Shown piece after piece: positions 18,509 to 27,244 of a DNA stretch of 56,300 nucleotides (position 1 is the first letter of the stretch; each line of letters starts with the position of its first letter). The stretch is from a virus (Duplodnaviria; Caudoviricetes), in the IMG/VR virus record IMGVR_UViG_3300029442_000006, positions 1 through 56,300 of that record. The stretch is one strand, 5' to 3'. Made by a program: the position numbers and the translations under genes. The notes under the pieces were generated by a model, which was not told the DNA's origin, did not search any database, and worked only from the letters and a program-made list of their open reading frames with translations.

Positions 18509-18614
18509 GCGCGACAAGGGTTTTCCTTGCTGGGATATATCCTAAAAACAAGCTAGCTCTTTTGAGCTAGCTTCCTACGGGATAACTTAGGCGGAAGAGG
18601 AAACCCTTACGCGC

Positions 18615-20366
18615 CTATATTGATTTACCGAGATTCCACCGGCGTTGCGGAGTGTAAGACTGTTGCGGACGTTTTGCGCTGCTTCCCCACGAAGTCGGAT
18701 TCAGGTTCGGATCGCCCACAATCGGCTTTGCCGCTTGCGCCATAGCGTTGCGATTGGCTTGGCTGCTGGGCATTACTGTGCCGCCAACAACTCTCGCCCC
18801 GACTCCGCCACTGGCAGCACGCTTATCTAGTCCAATCACATTCCAAGTCATGTATGACCAGCAATCTACAACGTGGTCAAACTCGCCATCTTTGACGGGC
18901 AAGCCATCCTCGCCACGATGATAACCCCCGCGTAACGCCGCCAATAACTTCGGGCAACCCGTTGGATCAACCTCTAGGCTCCCAGACGATATTATGGATT
19001 GAGAAACATCCAGACGAGTATCTACCGCCGCCACGCTCGTTTTAACGATAATACCATACGCCGCGCAAACCTGAATGGAACTTTCACCGGTCTTGTCAGA
19101 ACGCTGGTGGCCGGCGGGATCACCGTAGTATTCGACGATGGCTCGCGGAAAGACACGCGCCACATACGGCAGTAGGTAATCTTCGAGAAAATGCCCGATT
19201 GTGACGTTGTTGGCGATCGTTTCCTTTAAAACGTGCATTCGCAGTTGTACCGGCTTGCCGGATTCACCCGCCAGAGGCTCAATCTGGCTGAAGGTTGCCG
19301 CTGTCTCAGTAAAACCGAAATCCAAACCGACAAAGACTTTCAACGACGGATCGTAAAGCTGTGGAATCGCTGAAATCTTCTCCGTGTCGCAAAAAACCGG
19401 CAAACCCGCCGGTACGGCAAAATCTACTTCCATTTCTCGGTTCCACTTTCTCGTGCTGTAAGAAGGCCGCACCGCATCGAACCAAGCTCGACCCTCCGCA
19501 CCGGCCGGGTCTTTCTCCGTATCTGCACTGTAATGGATTCGCAAATGCCTAAACGCATTGTAATCCCACGCCTGCAAGCCCTTTGCGAGGATTTGCATTG
19601 GTGGATTTTCCTGACCCACTGGAGCCGCCGCCGAATCATCTAAGGCTCCATACCCAAGCCGCCAAAAGAAATTACGCCCATTGGCGCTCGAAACAATGTT
19701 AAACCGTCCGCCGGCACCGACGCAGGGTAGGGCGGCAGCATAGATTTCATCCTGCCCAGACTGAAACGCCGCCTCATCCCAATTGATTCCAGAGTAAGTA
19801 AAGCTTCGCAACTGGTTCGCTGCATCCGCCGCGCGACCACGTTCCGCCGCTATTGCCTCAATTCGACTGGTCGGAATCGCGCTCTCCGCATCATGAAACA
19901 CCCGCAACTCGCCCTCCACAAATTCCACAACCGGCTTTTCCCATTCCGAGGGTATCTCTTGGTAAATGTACTGCAACCGGCTTTGCAGGTGATCACTAGC
20001 GTCCGCAAAAGTCTTGCATATCCACGCCACCCTCTGACCGCGATTCTTCAAAACCCAATGCAACCATAACGCCGCCAACAGCCATGTGATCAAGATTTGC
20101 CGGCTTTTCTCAATCCTCAGCCTCCGATTGCGCTCCCACTCTCGTACTGTCATCTGCAGGTAAGCCTTGTCAGGGAAACGCCGGCGCGGATCAAGACCAG
20201 TTGTTTTCGCCAGCTCATCGAATGTGTAGCAGCAATCGCGCACGAACTCCCACGGATCATCGGGTATCGGCTTCCGAATCGCCGGCTTAATCTTTGTCGC
20301 CGCCAAAAAAGTATCAGCGATGACTTTGTTGACCGTAAGTTTCGATGTCTTGAGCGAGAGCGGCAT
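18615..20366 (-). CDS. terL: Terminase large subunit
   Basis: EKSRQILITW (Walker A variant), NWDEAAFQ (Walker B), VSSANG, RNase H-like VGLDFG, YGDPAG, DHVVD. Confidence 0.92.
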   Translation of the reverse strand: MPLSLKTSKLTVNKVIADTFLAATKIKPAIRKPIPDDPWEFVRDCCYTFDELAKTTGLDPRRRFPDKAYLQMTVREWERNRRLRIEKSRQILITWLLAALWLHWVLKNRGQRVAWICKTFADASDHLQSRLQYIYQEIPSEWEKPVVEFVEGELRVFHDAESAIPTSRIEAIAAERGRAADAANQLRSFTYSGINWDEAAFQSGQDEIYAAALPCVGAGGRFNIVSSANGRNFFWRLGYGALDDSAAAPVGQENPPMQILAKGLQAWDYNAFRHLRIHYSADTEKDPAGAEGRAWFDAVRPSYSTRKWNREMEVDFAVPAGLPVFCDTEKISAIPQLYDPSLKVFVGLDFGFTETAATFSQIEPLAGESGKPVQLRMHVLKETIANNVTIGHFLEDYLLPYVARVFPRAIVEYYGDPAGHQRSDKTGESSIQVCAAYGIIVKTSVAAVDTRLDVSQSIISSGSLEVDPTGCPKLLAALRGGYHRGEDGLPVKDGEFDHVVDCWSYMTWNVIGLDKRAASGGVGARVVGGTVMPSSQANRNAMAQAAKPIVGDPNLNPTSWGSSAKRPQQSYTPQRRWNLGKSI

Positions 20367-20787
20367 GATGTTCCTCCGGCACGTACTTCATTAAGATTGG
20401 CGCAATCTGCTGAACCACTAAGATTACAACTTGATTGGCATCTTCCCCCTCTCTCAAATACTTGCCCAACTTCAAACATAGTTCCGTAGCTCGAATTTGG
20501 ACGGCATTATCCGGGACACTGAGCGCATCCTTGCCGGCGACAGTCTGACAGTCTAGCAATTCAGAAAGCTTTCGCCCAAGCCTAATCTCCGAGATTTTAC
20601 CCTTCTGCAATAGCCTCGCATTATCAGGGTTCCGCGCAATCGTCCTAAAGGTTCGACAGCCTTGCTTCTCAGCCACGGACTTGGAAGCCCCTGCCATCAA
20701 CAAAGCCTTACGCTTGGAACCAGTCTTAGCGTACCCAATCGCAGCCTTATGGTGCATAATTTCAACGGCCTGTGAGACGCCTTGCAT
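20314..20787 (-). CDS. terS: Terminase small subunit (probable)
   Basis: Directly upstream of and overlapping terL; helical KALLMAGASKSVA and VPDNAVQIRATELCLKL motifs. Confidence 0.7.
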   Translation of the reverse strand: MQGVSQAVEIMHHKAAIGYAKTGSKRKALLMAGASKSVAEKQGCRTFRTIARNPDNARLLQKGKISEIRLGRKLSELLDCQTVAGKDALSVPDNAVQIRATELCLKLGKYLREGEDANQVVILVVQQIAPILMKYVPEEHHAALAQDIETYGQQSHR

Positions 20788-21097
20788 TTCTACATCATCC
20801 GACAGGTTTTGCTTAAAAGCGTGTTTGGCGCATGTTTTTGCATAAATCAGCCCTCTAAAAGCCCCGTATAGCCATTCTGAGAAAGATTAACGCTAGTTGG
20901 TAAGCAGTTTTTAGAACAATGAAAAAACATTCTGTACTTCTGCCGAAAGGCGCGGTCACACGTCGCTGGTTAAACCAGAACCACCCACATGCCGAACCGC
21001 TATCTAATGGATTCATCTCGTGGATTCATAGTCCTCCTCCCTCAAAACGTCAAACACTTTCTGTACTGAGGTTTTGGATAATACTTGAAAATAAATC

Positions 21098-21126
21098 TTG
21101 CGTAGTCTTAGGTAAGGGTGTAGATT
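21098..21126 (+). promoter_or_regulatory. Sigma-70-type early promoter
   Basis: TTGCGT-N17-TAGATT at the strand-switch point, with AT-rich upstream sequence. Confidence 0.6.
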
Positions 21127-21273
21127 CTCACATATCAGGACAGCAGTATGACCAGCACTAACCAAAACTCTAAAGCAACTCGTATCGGTGGCATGACCTT
21201 CCGCAAGGCTGGTTCACGTCCTGATACAACGGTGTCGCCGGTGCGGGTTGCGAATCTCAAGGAAGGTAAAGTT

Positions 21274-21459
21274 ATGAATACCAACAATGTCCGTCAACGA
21301 GCGGTGACCAAAGCAATCGTTAGTTACATCAACCGTGGTTATGTTTGCCCAGTTTCGATTATTGAATCAGTCAAAATCGCTCATGATGCCAGTAGCGTTA
21401 AAGCCGCCCTAAAAAACCTCTACCGCCTTTTTCCTCAAATGCGCCCGGAGGCCAAGTAA
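21274..21459 (+). CDS. Early hypothetical protein (61 aa)
   Basis: AAGGAAGG RBS before the ATG at 21274; the upstream part of the track ORF is interpreted as leader RNA. Confidence 0.55.
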   Translation: MNTNNVRQRAVTKAIVSYINRGYVCPVSIIESVKIAHDASSVKAALKNLYRLFPQMRPEAK

Positions 21460-21461
21460 TC

Positions 21462-21638
21462 ATGCCCCTCAACCCAACACTCCAAGCCAAGCACCTACGC
21501 CAGTTACGCACCTGCTTAGAGCGTGCGCAACGCGACATTCAACGGACGTTGCGCGAGTATAACTGCCCATCGTATGCCGACGATAAATTGACCGCAGTTT
21601 GTGACACCATCTTGGCTACCTTAGAGGCGACAAAGTGA
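21462..21638 (+). CDS. Hypothetical protein (58 aa, MPLNPTLQAKHLRQ...)
   Basis: Translated by hand; GGAGG upstream; GTGA overlap with the next gene. Confidence 0.55.
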   Translation: MPLNPTLQAKHLRQLRTCLERAQRDIQRTLREYNCPSYADDKLTAVCDTILATLEATK

Positions 21639-22033
21639 ACCACTGTAAGGCCATGTTCGTCGGGCTGGCTACGTTGCTGGTGATGCTTGGCACGTCTGCA
21701 ATGGCCGATGATATTAAGCTCCTGAAGGCGTTCCGGGTTGTCGAATCGTCTAACAACTACCAAGCCATCGGTGATAATGGTAAATCATGGGGTGCGTACC
21801 AGTTTCACGCCGCAAGATGGCATGAGGTTAGCAAGGCAAGCTACCGCCACGCCACGAATGCCGAGCAAGACGAAGCAATGGTCAAGGAAATCAGCATCGG
21901 TCTTAGAATCGCCCACCAGCGCGGGATTGACCCGGTGAGCGCGGTGGCGAGCTTGCACCACGCCGGTCACGTGACGCTTGACGACGTGGTTTATATCGCG
22001 AAAATTAAAAAAGCGTTAGGAGAAAAAATATGA
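21635..22033 (+). CDS. Lysozyme-like/lytic transglycosylase with signal peptide (132 aa)
   Basis: VESSNNYQAIGDNGKSWGAYQFH (catalytic ES plus GxxQ motif); hydrophobic N-terminus ending SAMA|D. Confidence 0.7.
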   Translation: MNHCKAMFVGLATLLVMLGTSAMADDIKLLKAFRVVESSNNYQAIGDNGKSWGAYQFHAARWHEVSKASYRHATNAEQDEAMVKEISIGLRIAHQRGIDPVSAVASLHHAGHVTLDDVVYIAKIKKALGEKI

Positions 22034-22239
22034 GTACCTACGAAAAAGGCCGCTGCGAAATATGTGGGTGTGCAACCACGATTGAGTCAGGTTGTGCGCC
22101 GATTTGCGGGTCGTCTCTTTGCGAGTCAGAATGGGACATCCGTCAGGCCGAAATTGAGAGCGGCGAGGAACCGCTTGACCCGCCGGAAAAGAAATTATTG
22201 ACGCAAGACGAATTATTAGCTAAGCTCCCAAAAGAGTAA
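22030..22239 (+). CDS. Small Cys-rich protein (69 aa)
   Basis: CEICG...CGSSLC; ATGA coupling. Confidence 0.55.
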   Translation: MSTYEKGRCEICGCATTIESGCAPICGSSLCESEWDIRQAEIESGEEPLDPPEKKLLTQDELLAKLPKE

Positions 22240-22464
22240 GTCTTGTGAATAAAAAATCTCAAACTTTAGGCGGCGGGTTAAGAATGTCGTACCGTACACG
22301 CGAGCTGAATTGCACCGAGTTACTTGGTGGTTTTGTGAGCGACTTGATAAACTTACCGCCGTCTAATCAACTTCGCCCCGCCAAGATTCACAGCGAAACA
22401 TACCTAATACCTCCCACCCTATTATGGCGGGTGCTTTCAAAAACCAACCAACACGAAAGGCAGC

Positions 22465-23280
22465 ATGAATAAATCCGATCAGCTAGACTTGCTCGCTACC
22501 GCATTAGCAGTAGCACAAGGTCAAATCAAAAACGCTAGTAAAGACTCCAAAAACCCCTTCTTTAAGTCAGCCTACTCTACGCTAACGAGTGTGCGCGATG
22601 CAATCAATGATGTGTTTACGCAGAACGGCCTAGCAATTACGCAGTTGCTTGGTAACGATGACCACGGCGTTACCGTTGAAACTGTCTTGCTCCACAAGTC
22701 AGGTCAATGGCTGTCCGGCGTGGTGAGCGTGCGGCCAGTCAAAGACGACCCGCAAGCACTTGGAAGCGCGGTGACGTATGCGCGACGGTATTCACTGTCT
22801 GCGATTGCTGGCATTGCCAGTGAGATTGACGATGATGGGGAGGCGGCGATGGCGCGGGATGCACAGAAGCCGCGAGACACAAAGACGGCCACACCGAAGT
22901 CAACGCCGCCCCCTGTCGCGTTAGCCAAGCCGGTTGAGCAACCTAAAGCCGCGCCAACAAAAGCGACACCACCACCGGCAGCGACAGACACTAAAGAACT
23001 CTTGCCCGGCGTTAAATCCATCATCGGCACGTTTAACAAGGTTTTTACAAAAGAAGGAACGTCAAGCCGTGGCGCGTGGGTTAAGGCTAGCGTTAGACTT
23101 GGTGATGTATGGTACTCGACATTCGACGAGCGTCTGCGCGGCAAGCTTGACGAGTTGAAAGATTTGCCAACGGAGATTCGCTACATGACCGACAGCAAAG
23201 GCTTCCACTCGGTTGTGGAATTGTTGCCAGCCGAAGCCGCGCCGACACCAGAACCGCAAGACGATGATATTCCTTTTTGA
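22465..23280 (+). CDS. erf: ERF-family single-strand annealing protein
   Basis: KDSKNPFFKSAYSTL, LLHKSGQW, PQALGSAVTYARRYSL..IAG..DDDG; SSB-like acidic tail DDDIPF. Confidence 0.92.
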   Translation: MNKSDQLDLLATALAVAQGQIKNASKDSKNPFFKSAYSTLTSVRDAINDVFTQNGLAITQLLGNDDHGVTVETVLLHKSGQWLSGVVSVRPVKDDPQALGSAVTYARRYSLSAIAGIASEIDDDGEAAMARDAQKPRDTKTATPKSTPPPVALAKPVEQPKAAPTKATPPPAATDTKELLPGVKSIIGTFNKVFTKEGTSSRGAWVKASVRLGDVWYSTFDERLRGKLDELKDLPTEIRYMTDSKGFHSVVELLPAEAAPTPEPQDDDIPF

Positions 23281-23285
23281 GGTAT

Positions 23286-23624
23286 ATGAGCGACATTAAA
23301 GAAATCATGGAAATACAGCAACGCATGGAGGCTGCGCGGCTGTATCTCCGAGACAACGCCGACAAGGTCGGAAAAGAATACGATTCAGATCGGCGAAAAC
23401 AATTACTAGCTCGCCAAGCCAAGCCGTTTGTCTCCAACGGTGACGCGAATGCCGTTGCCGAGACAAAGGCGCGGTCTGGTGATACCTACGCAATCGAGCT
23501 AGATAAATTAGCCGACCAATATGCATCGGCAGTGTCCACGATTAAAAAATATGATTCGGCTGAGATTAGTTTTAAGGCGGCGCAATCGTTATTAAGTTAC
23601 TCGAAAGGGCAGATGCAATTATGA
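23286..23624 (+). CDS. Helical recombination-module protein
   Basis: Lies between ERF and the exonuclease; AETKARS...Y and QSLLSYSK coiled-coil pattern. Confidence 0.6.
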   Translation: MSDIKEIMEIQQRMEAARLYLRDNADKVGKEYDSDRRKQLLARQAKPFVSNGDANAVAETKARSGDTYAIELDKLADQYASAVSTIKKYDSAEISFKAAQSLLSYSKGQMQL

Positions 23625-24457
23625 GTCAAGTTACGTCCGCAAAAACAGAAGTCGCCAGCGATGCGGGACACTGGTATCGCAAAGACGGCACACCATGTTA
23701 CGAAGTCCCGGCTAAAGCTGCTGGCAAGTTCAAGGCGACAACCCTTCGTGAAGCCCGGATAATGGGGTTAGTTCCATCGGTTACGACTGTTACTAAAATC
23801 AAATCAGCGCCGGGCTTGGCAAACTGGAAAGAAGATCAAGTTTTGGAGTCGGCAGCGACAATGCCGCACACCGATAAAGACGGCAAGCTCCTAACAGATG
23901 TTGAATGGAAAAAAGCCGTGAAAGTTGAGGCAAAACTAAAAGCCCAAGCTGCCGCCGAGCGTGGAACTAGGTTACACACGGCGATTGAGCGTCACATTCA
24001 AGGTAAGACTGTCGAGCCGGAGTTTTTCGCGCACGTCAATAAAGTCGAAATTGAACTAGAGAAAATTGGGATTGATGTTAAGTGCGGCAACGTGGAAAAA
24101 TCATTCGCACATCCGCTGGGTTATGGCGGCAAGGTTGACTTGCATGGCGACGGATGGATTATTGATTTCAAATCCAAACAAGTGATTGAGGACGGCAAAA
24201 AGCTGGCGTGGTCTGATCATGAAATGCAACTGGCCGCTTATTCGCAAGGGCTGAATTTAACCGCGCCACGGTATATCAATGTGTTTGTTGGAGTTGACGA
24301 TTGCAAGGTTGCGATTGTTGAACACGGCTTATTAGCGATTGAGCATGGCTGGAAAATGTTTCAAGCCTGTTTAACCCTTTGGATTCTAGAGAATGACTAC
24401 GATCCACGCAAGGCTGATATGAGCATCAACGACAAGCTGGACGCCGCCGGCCTATGA
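23621..24457 (+). CDS. PD-(D/E)XK exonuclease (Cas4/lambda-exo-like)
   Basis: PSVTTV, AAERGTRLHTAIE, YGGKVDL...IIDFKSK, QLAAY. Confidence 0.88.
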   Translation: MSQVTSAKTEVASDAGHWYRKDGTPCYEVPAKAAGKFKATTLREARIMGLVPSVTTVTKIKSAPGLANWKEDQVLESAATMPHTDKDGKLLTDVEWKKAVKVEAKLKAQAAAERGTRLHTAIERHIQGKTVEPEFFAHVNKVEIELEKIGIDVKCGNVEKSFAHPLGYGGKVDLHGDGWIIDFKSKQVIEDGKKLAWSDHEMQLAAYSQGLNLTAPRYINVFVGVDDCKVAIVEHGLLAIEHGWKMFQACLTLWILENDYDPRKADMSINDKLDAAGL

Positions 24458-24702
24458 CCATTCCTCTCGATAAACCATTCTCGACGTATGGCATAACCGG
24501 GATTGGCAAGCCTACCCAGCCGCCGAGCAAGCTACCACGCCGGTTGCCATGTCCTAAATGTGGCGGCACAATGGATGTCTGGAATAAGCAGACCAAGCAA
24601 GTTGAGGAATGTGACCAATGTTGCGATTATGCTGGCAACCCAAAGGGTTATATCGAGAATCTTGATGGTGATGCTACGCCAGAAGTTGGTCAACATGATT
24701 GA
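24454..24702 (+). CDS. Zn-finger hypothetical protein (82 aa)
   Basis: CPKCGG...CDQC...GY; ATGA coupling. Confidence 0.55.
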   Translation: MTIPLDKPFSTYGITGIGKPTQPPSKLPRRLPCPKCGGTMDVWNKQTKQVEECDQCCDYAGNPKGYIENLDGDATPEVGQHD

Positions 24703-24817
24703 GATAGAGCCGAAGTATTGCGAAACAGCCAAGCAGCGCATGATTCGTGAAATATCGCAACCCTGCTTGCCCACTATGGAGCCGGAACGACAAGTTAAAC
24801 AGAGTAATTTACTATGA
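24695..24817 (+). pseudogene. C-terminal remnant of an N4/N6 DNA methyltransferase
   Basis: MIEIEPKYCETAKQRM resembles the GIEIEEKYCEIAxxR ending of phage DNA methylases; no catalytic motifs upstream. Confidence 0.55.
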
Positions 24818-25023
24818 CTGATTTCAAGATGAGCGATGCCGAGCGCATCCGTAACCGTAAATACCAAGCTGACTTCAAGAAACGTCATGTGCTATTCCAC
24901 GAAGCGATGCGGCAAGCGTTGCAAGCCGTCGCTGCGTTACCGGGGTTACTAGAGGCTTACGGTAACACGCGCAAGGCTAACGTGATTAGGAAGGCGATAA
25001 AATTGATTGAGGATGAGGAATAA
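24814..25023 (+). CDS. Hypothetical protein (69 aa)
   Basis: ATGA coupling; MSDAERIRNRKYQ basic helix. Confidence 0.55.
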   Translation: MTDFKMSDAERIRNRKYQADFKKRHVLFHEAMRQALQAVAALPGLLEAYGNTRKANVIRKAIKLIEDEE

Positions 25024-25208
25024 TTCTTGACGTGGTTTGTATTGTGTGAGAATATAAAAACGTGAAAAGCATTTACGACAATGAAAAAAAGCAAAACTTT
25101 ACGCACTCTTAGTTTGTGCCGAAAGGCAACGGTTTCTCGTAAATCCCGTTCACAACAGGCTAGGAGTGTGTTTTTTACCGGTGAACTTTATTACCAAAGC
25201 TGGTTAGA

Positions 25209-25958
25209 ATGAAGGTGTATCAAATCCGAGAATGGAACAAGTATTACGAAAACAATCGCACACGCGATCTTAAAAACATGGCGTGGATTCCAGTCCCTAA
25301 CGCTCACGATGGCGATGGTTATACAACGCTTGTAAGCCGCGAAAATGGCGCGGCAATGTTGGGCGCATGGTTAGCAATTCTACAAGTCGCATCTAAGTGC
25401 GACCCTCGCGGCACCCTACTGCGGCGCGGTAAAATACCGCATGATGCTGAATCATTGTCACGGATTACAAGATTGCCGTCAGGCATACTTTCGGAAGCAC
25501 TAACCATCTGTTCTGTTGAGATACAATGGCTTGAATATGTAGAGGTTACAGAAATCCCGCAGGAAGGTGCGGGATTCCCGCAGGAAGGTGCGCCTAAACC
25601 GCAGGGTACTGACGAAGAAGGGAAGGGAAGAGAAGGAACGGAAAAGAAGGGAATGGACGGTGGCGAAATACCCACTTTAACCATGTGCCAAGAGTATGCC
25701 AGCAATCCGGCTTGTGGCTTTCCATCGGAACTTGTCGAGGAATGGTTTAATAAATCCAGTGATCGAGGTTGGGGGCAAGACTGGAGAGCTAGGATGCGCG
25801 GCGCGGTCGCAACATATCGCGGAATCCAAAACGAGAGGAATCAGAAAAATGGACGACAAAGCAAATACAGTGGTGCAACAAGTAATCAGCCGTCACCCAG
25901 CGACGGTCAATATGACGGATTTGAAGGTGAGGTCATTTCCACCGTGCCGAAAGTGTAA
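25209..25958 (+). CDS. Phage replication initiator protein
   Basis: YQIREWNKYYE...WIPVP N-domain, internal iterons, C-domain EWFNKSSDRGW..DWRA; followed by a DnaC-like gene. Confidence 0.75.
   Translation: MKVYQIREWNKYYENNRTRDLKNMAWIPVPNAHDGDGYTTLVSRENGAAMLGAWLAILQVASKCDPRGTLLRRGKIPHDAESLSRITRLPSGILSEALTICSVEIQWLEYVEVTEIPQEGAGFPQEGAPKPQGTDEEGKGREGTEKKGMDGGEIPTLTMCQEYASNPACGFPSELVEEWFNKSSDRGWGQDWRARMRGAVATYRGIQNERNQKNGRQSKYSGATSNQPSPSDGQYDGFEGEVISTVPKV
25555..25605 (+). repeat. Iterons / probable replication origin inside the initiator gene
   Basis: TCCCGCAGGAAGGTGCG twice at 21-bp spacing plus a partial third copy (CCGCAGG), followed by a purine-rich tract; lambda O-like layout. Confidence 0.6.
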
Positions 25959-26508
25959 ATGCACCGATAACGATACTGCTGGCGAGTTTCAGCTTTGCAC
26001 TTATTGCTGGAATGGATTGTTGCAAGAATACAAAACTTTTCCAAAATTTTACCGTGAGAGAGTCAAAGCTGGAGAGGGGCAAGCCGTAGAAATGGAAAGC
26101 CGCCCATTTATCACGTTGCTAGGGAAAGCTGGAGTCGGCAAGAGCATCACGGCTGTCAAGTTGGCGCGGCGTCTATGTTTTGAGAATGTTTTAACTCCAG
26201 CTTTTAAGAATTGCGCTGAGTTGATGATGGAAATTCGCGCCACGTTCCGTGATAAGTGCGACCGTACTGAGGAATACATTATTCAAGAAATATCTCGCGT
26301 ACCGCTTTTAGTTCTTGACGATCTCGCGGCTGAGAAAGTCAGTGATTACAGTGTGTCAACTCTCTACATCATTCTCAACCGGCGCGGCGAACAAGATAAG
26401 CCAACGATTATTACCAGTAATTTAAGCATTAAAGAAATCGCCGAGACAATGGGTGACAGAATCGCTAACCGCCTTGTTCGGTATGGGAAAGTGGTAACAC
26501 TAAAATGA
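25849..26508 (+). CDS. DnaC/IstB-like helicase loader ATPase
   Basis: GKAGVGKS Walker A, LLVLDDL Walker B, PTIITSNL, GDRIANRL; N-terminal CRKC...CTYC. Confidence 0.88.
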   Translation: MDDKANTVVQQVISRHPATVNMTDLKVRSFPPCRKCKCTDNDTAGEFQLCTYCWNGLLQEYKTFPKFYRERVKAGEGQAVEMESRPFITLLGKAGVGKSITAVKLARRLCFENVLTPAFKNCAELMMEIRATFRDKCDRTEEYIIQEISRVPLLVLDDLAAEKVSDYSVSTLYIILNRRGEQDKPTIITSNLSIKEIAETMGDRIANRLVRYGKVVTLK

Positions 26509-26819
26509 AAACCAATCCCGACATAGTGATAGCCTACTGGCGAGCCGCCGGGATACCGGAGCCGATAACCGAGTACAAGTTTGCAATCATGCTAGGCCGT
26601 AAGTGGCGCATGGATTACGCATGGCCGGAACGTAAGCTCGCGCTCGAAGTGCAAGGTGGAATTTTCATTCAAGGTCGGCACAGTCGCGGCGCGGCGTTGC
26701 TAAAGGAATGGGAAAAACTTAACACTGCCGCCGGGATAGGCTGGCGATTTCTGTACTGTCAGCCCAGCGATCTACTTAAACAGCCGCTAGTTGACCAAAT
26801 CAAGAAAGCACTTCACTAA
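26505..26819 (+). CDS. Restriction-endonuclease-fold nuclease (DUF559/Vsr-like)
   Basis: EYKF...RKWRMDYAWPERKLALEVQGG...GRHSRG...EKLNTAA..GW. Confidence 0.8.
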   Translation: MKTNPDIVIAYWRAAGIPEPITEYKFAIMLGRKWRMDYAWPERKLALEVQGGIFIQGRHSRGAALLKEWEKLNTAAGIGWRFLYCQPSDLLKQPLVDQIKKALH

Positions 26820-27172
26820 TGAAACAAACCCCACTTCGCAAGCGCAGCCCACGCAAGGCTGAGACTGACCGGCTAGATGCTGCCGATAAGAAGCTACTAA
26901 TGGGCATGGTGTTCCCTAAGTGCGCGATTTGCGGAGGCATCCATGACTTGCATTTGCATCATATTTTCGGCAAGAAAGCGTTTCCACACTTACGGCACTA
27001 CCGACCAAACCATATGCTACTTTGCCCCCGTCACCATTTTCTCATTCACGACAAGCCGGCAGTCGGCAAGCTGCTAAGCATCGGCGTTATCCGCTTTGAG
27101 GCTTGGCAGGAATTAGAACGGCTGGCTAACCAACGTAAATCAGACAGGAGCTTGGCGTTCCTTCTTTTGTAA
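26819..27172 (+). CDS. HNH endonuclease-like protein
   Basis: CAICG...HLHHI...NHMLLCPRHH..IH. Confidence 0.75.
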   Translation: MKQTPLRKRSPRKAETDRLDAADKKLLMGMVFPKCAICGGIHDLHLHHIFGKKAFPHLRHYRPNHMLLCPRHHFLIHDKPAVGKLLSIGVIRFEAWQELERLANQRKSDRSLAFLLL

Positions 27173-27192
27173 AAACCTTGTCAAACGTGCCG
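27150..27192 (-). repeat. 43-nt inverted copy of erf coding segment 23025-23067 (41/43 identical)
   Basis: Direct alignment. Confidence 0.9.
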
Positions 27193-27210
27193 TCGAGTGC
27201 AAATTGGGTG

Positions 27211-27238
27211 TTGACAAACCTAGCGATAGGTATAGAGT
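27211..27238 (+). promoter_or_regulatory. Sigma-70-type promoter of the accessory module
   Basis: TTGACA-N16-TAGAGT just before the ATG at 27245. Confidence 0.55.
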
Positions 27239-27244
27239 GTGGGC

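Noticed and set aside
20825-20853. Sigma-54-like sequences upstream of terS
   Set aside because: The plus-strand one has N11 spacing; the minus-strand GG-N10-GC (AGGGCTGATTTATGCA) does not match the 22-mer. The terminase promoter is unresolved; a weak TTGACG-N17-TATGAA at 21053-21025 is an alternative.
23621-24457. Cas4 as part of a CRISPR system
   Set aside because: Standard phage exonuclease in the erf module; no array or other cas genes
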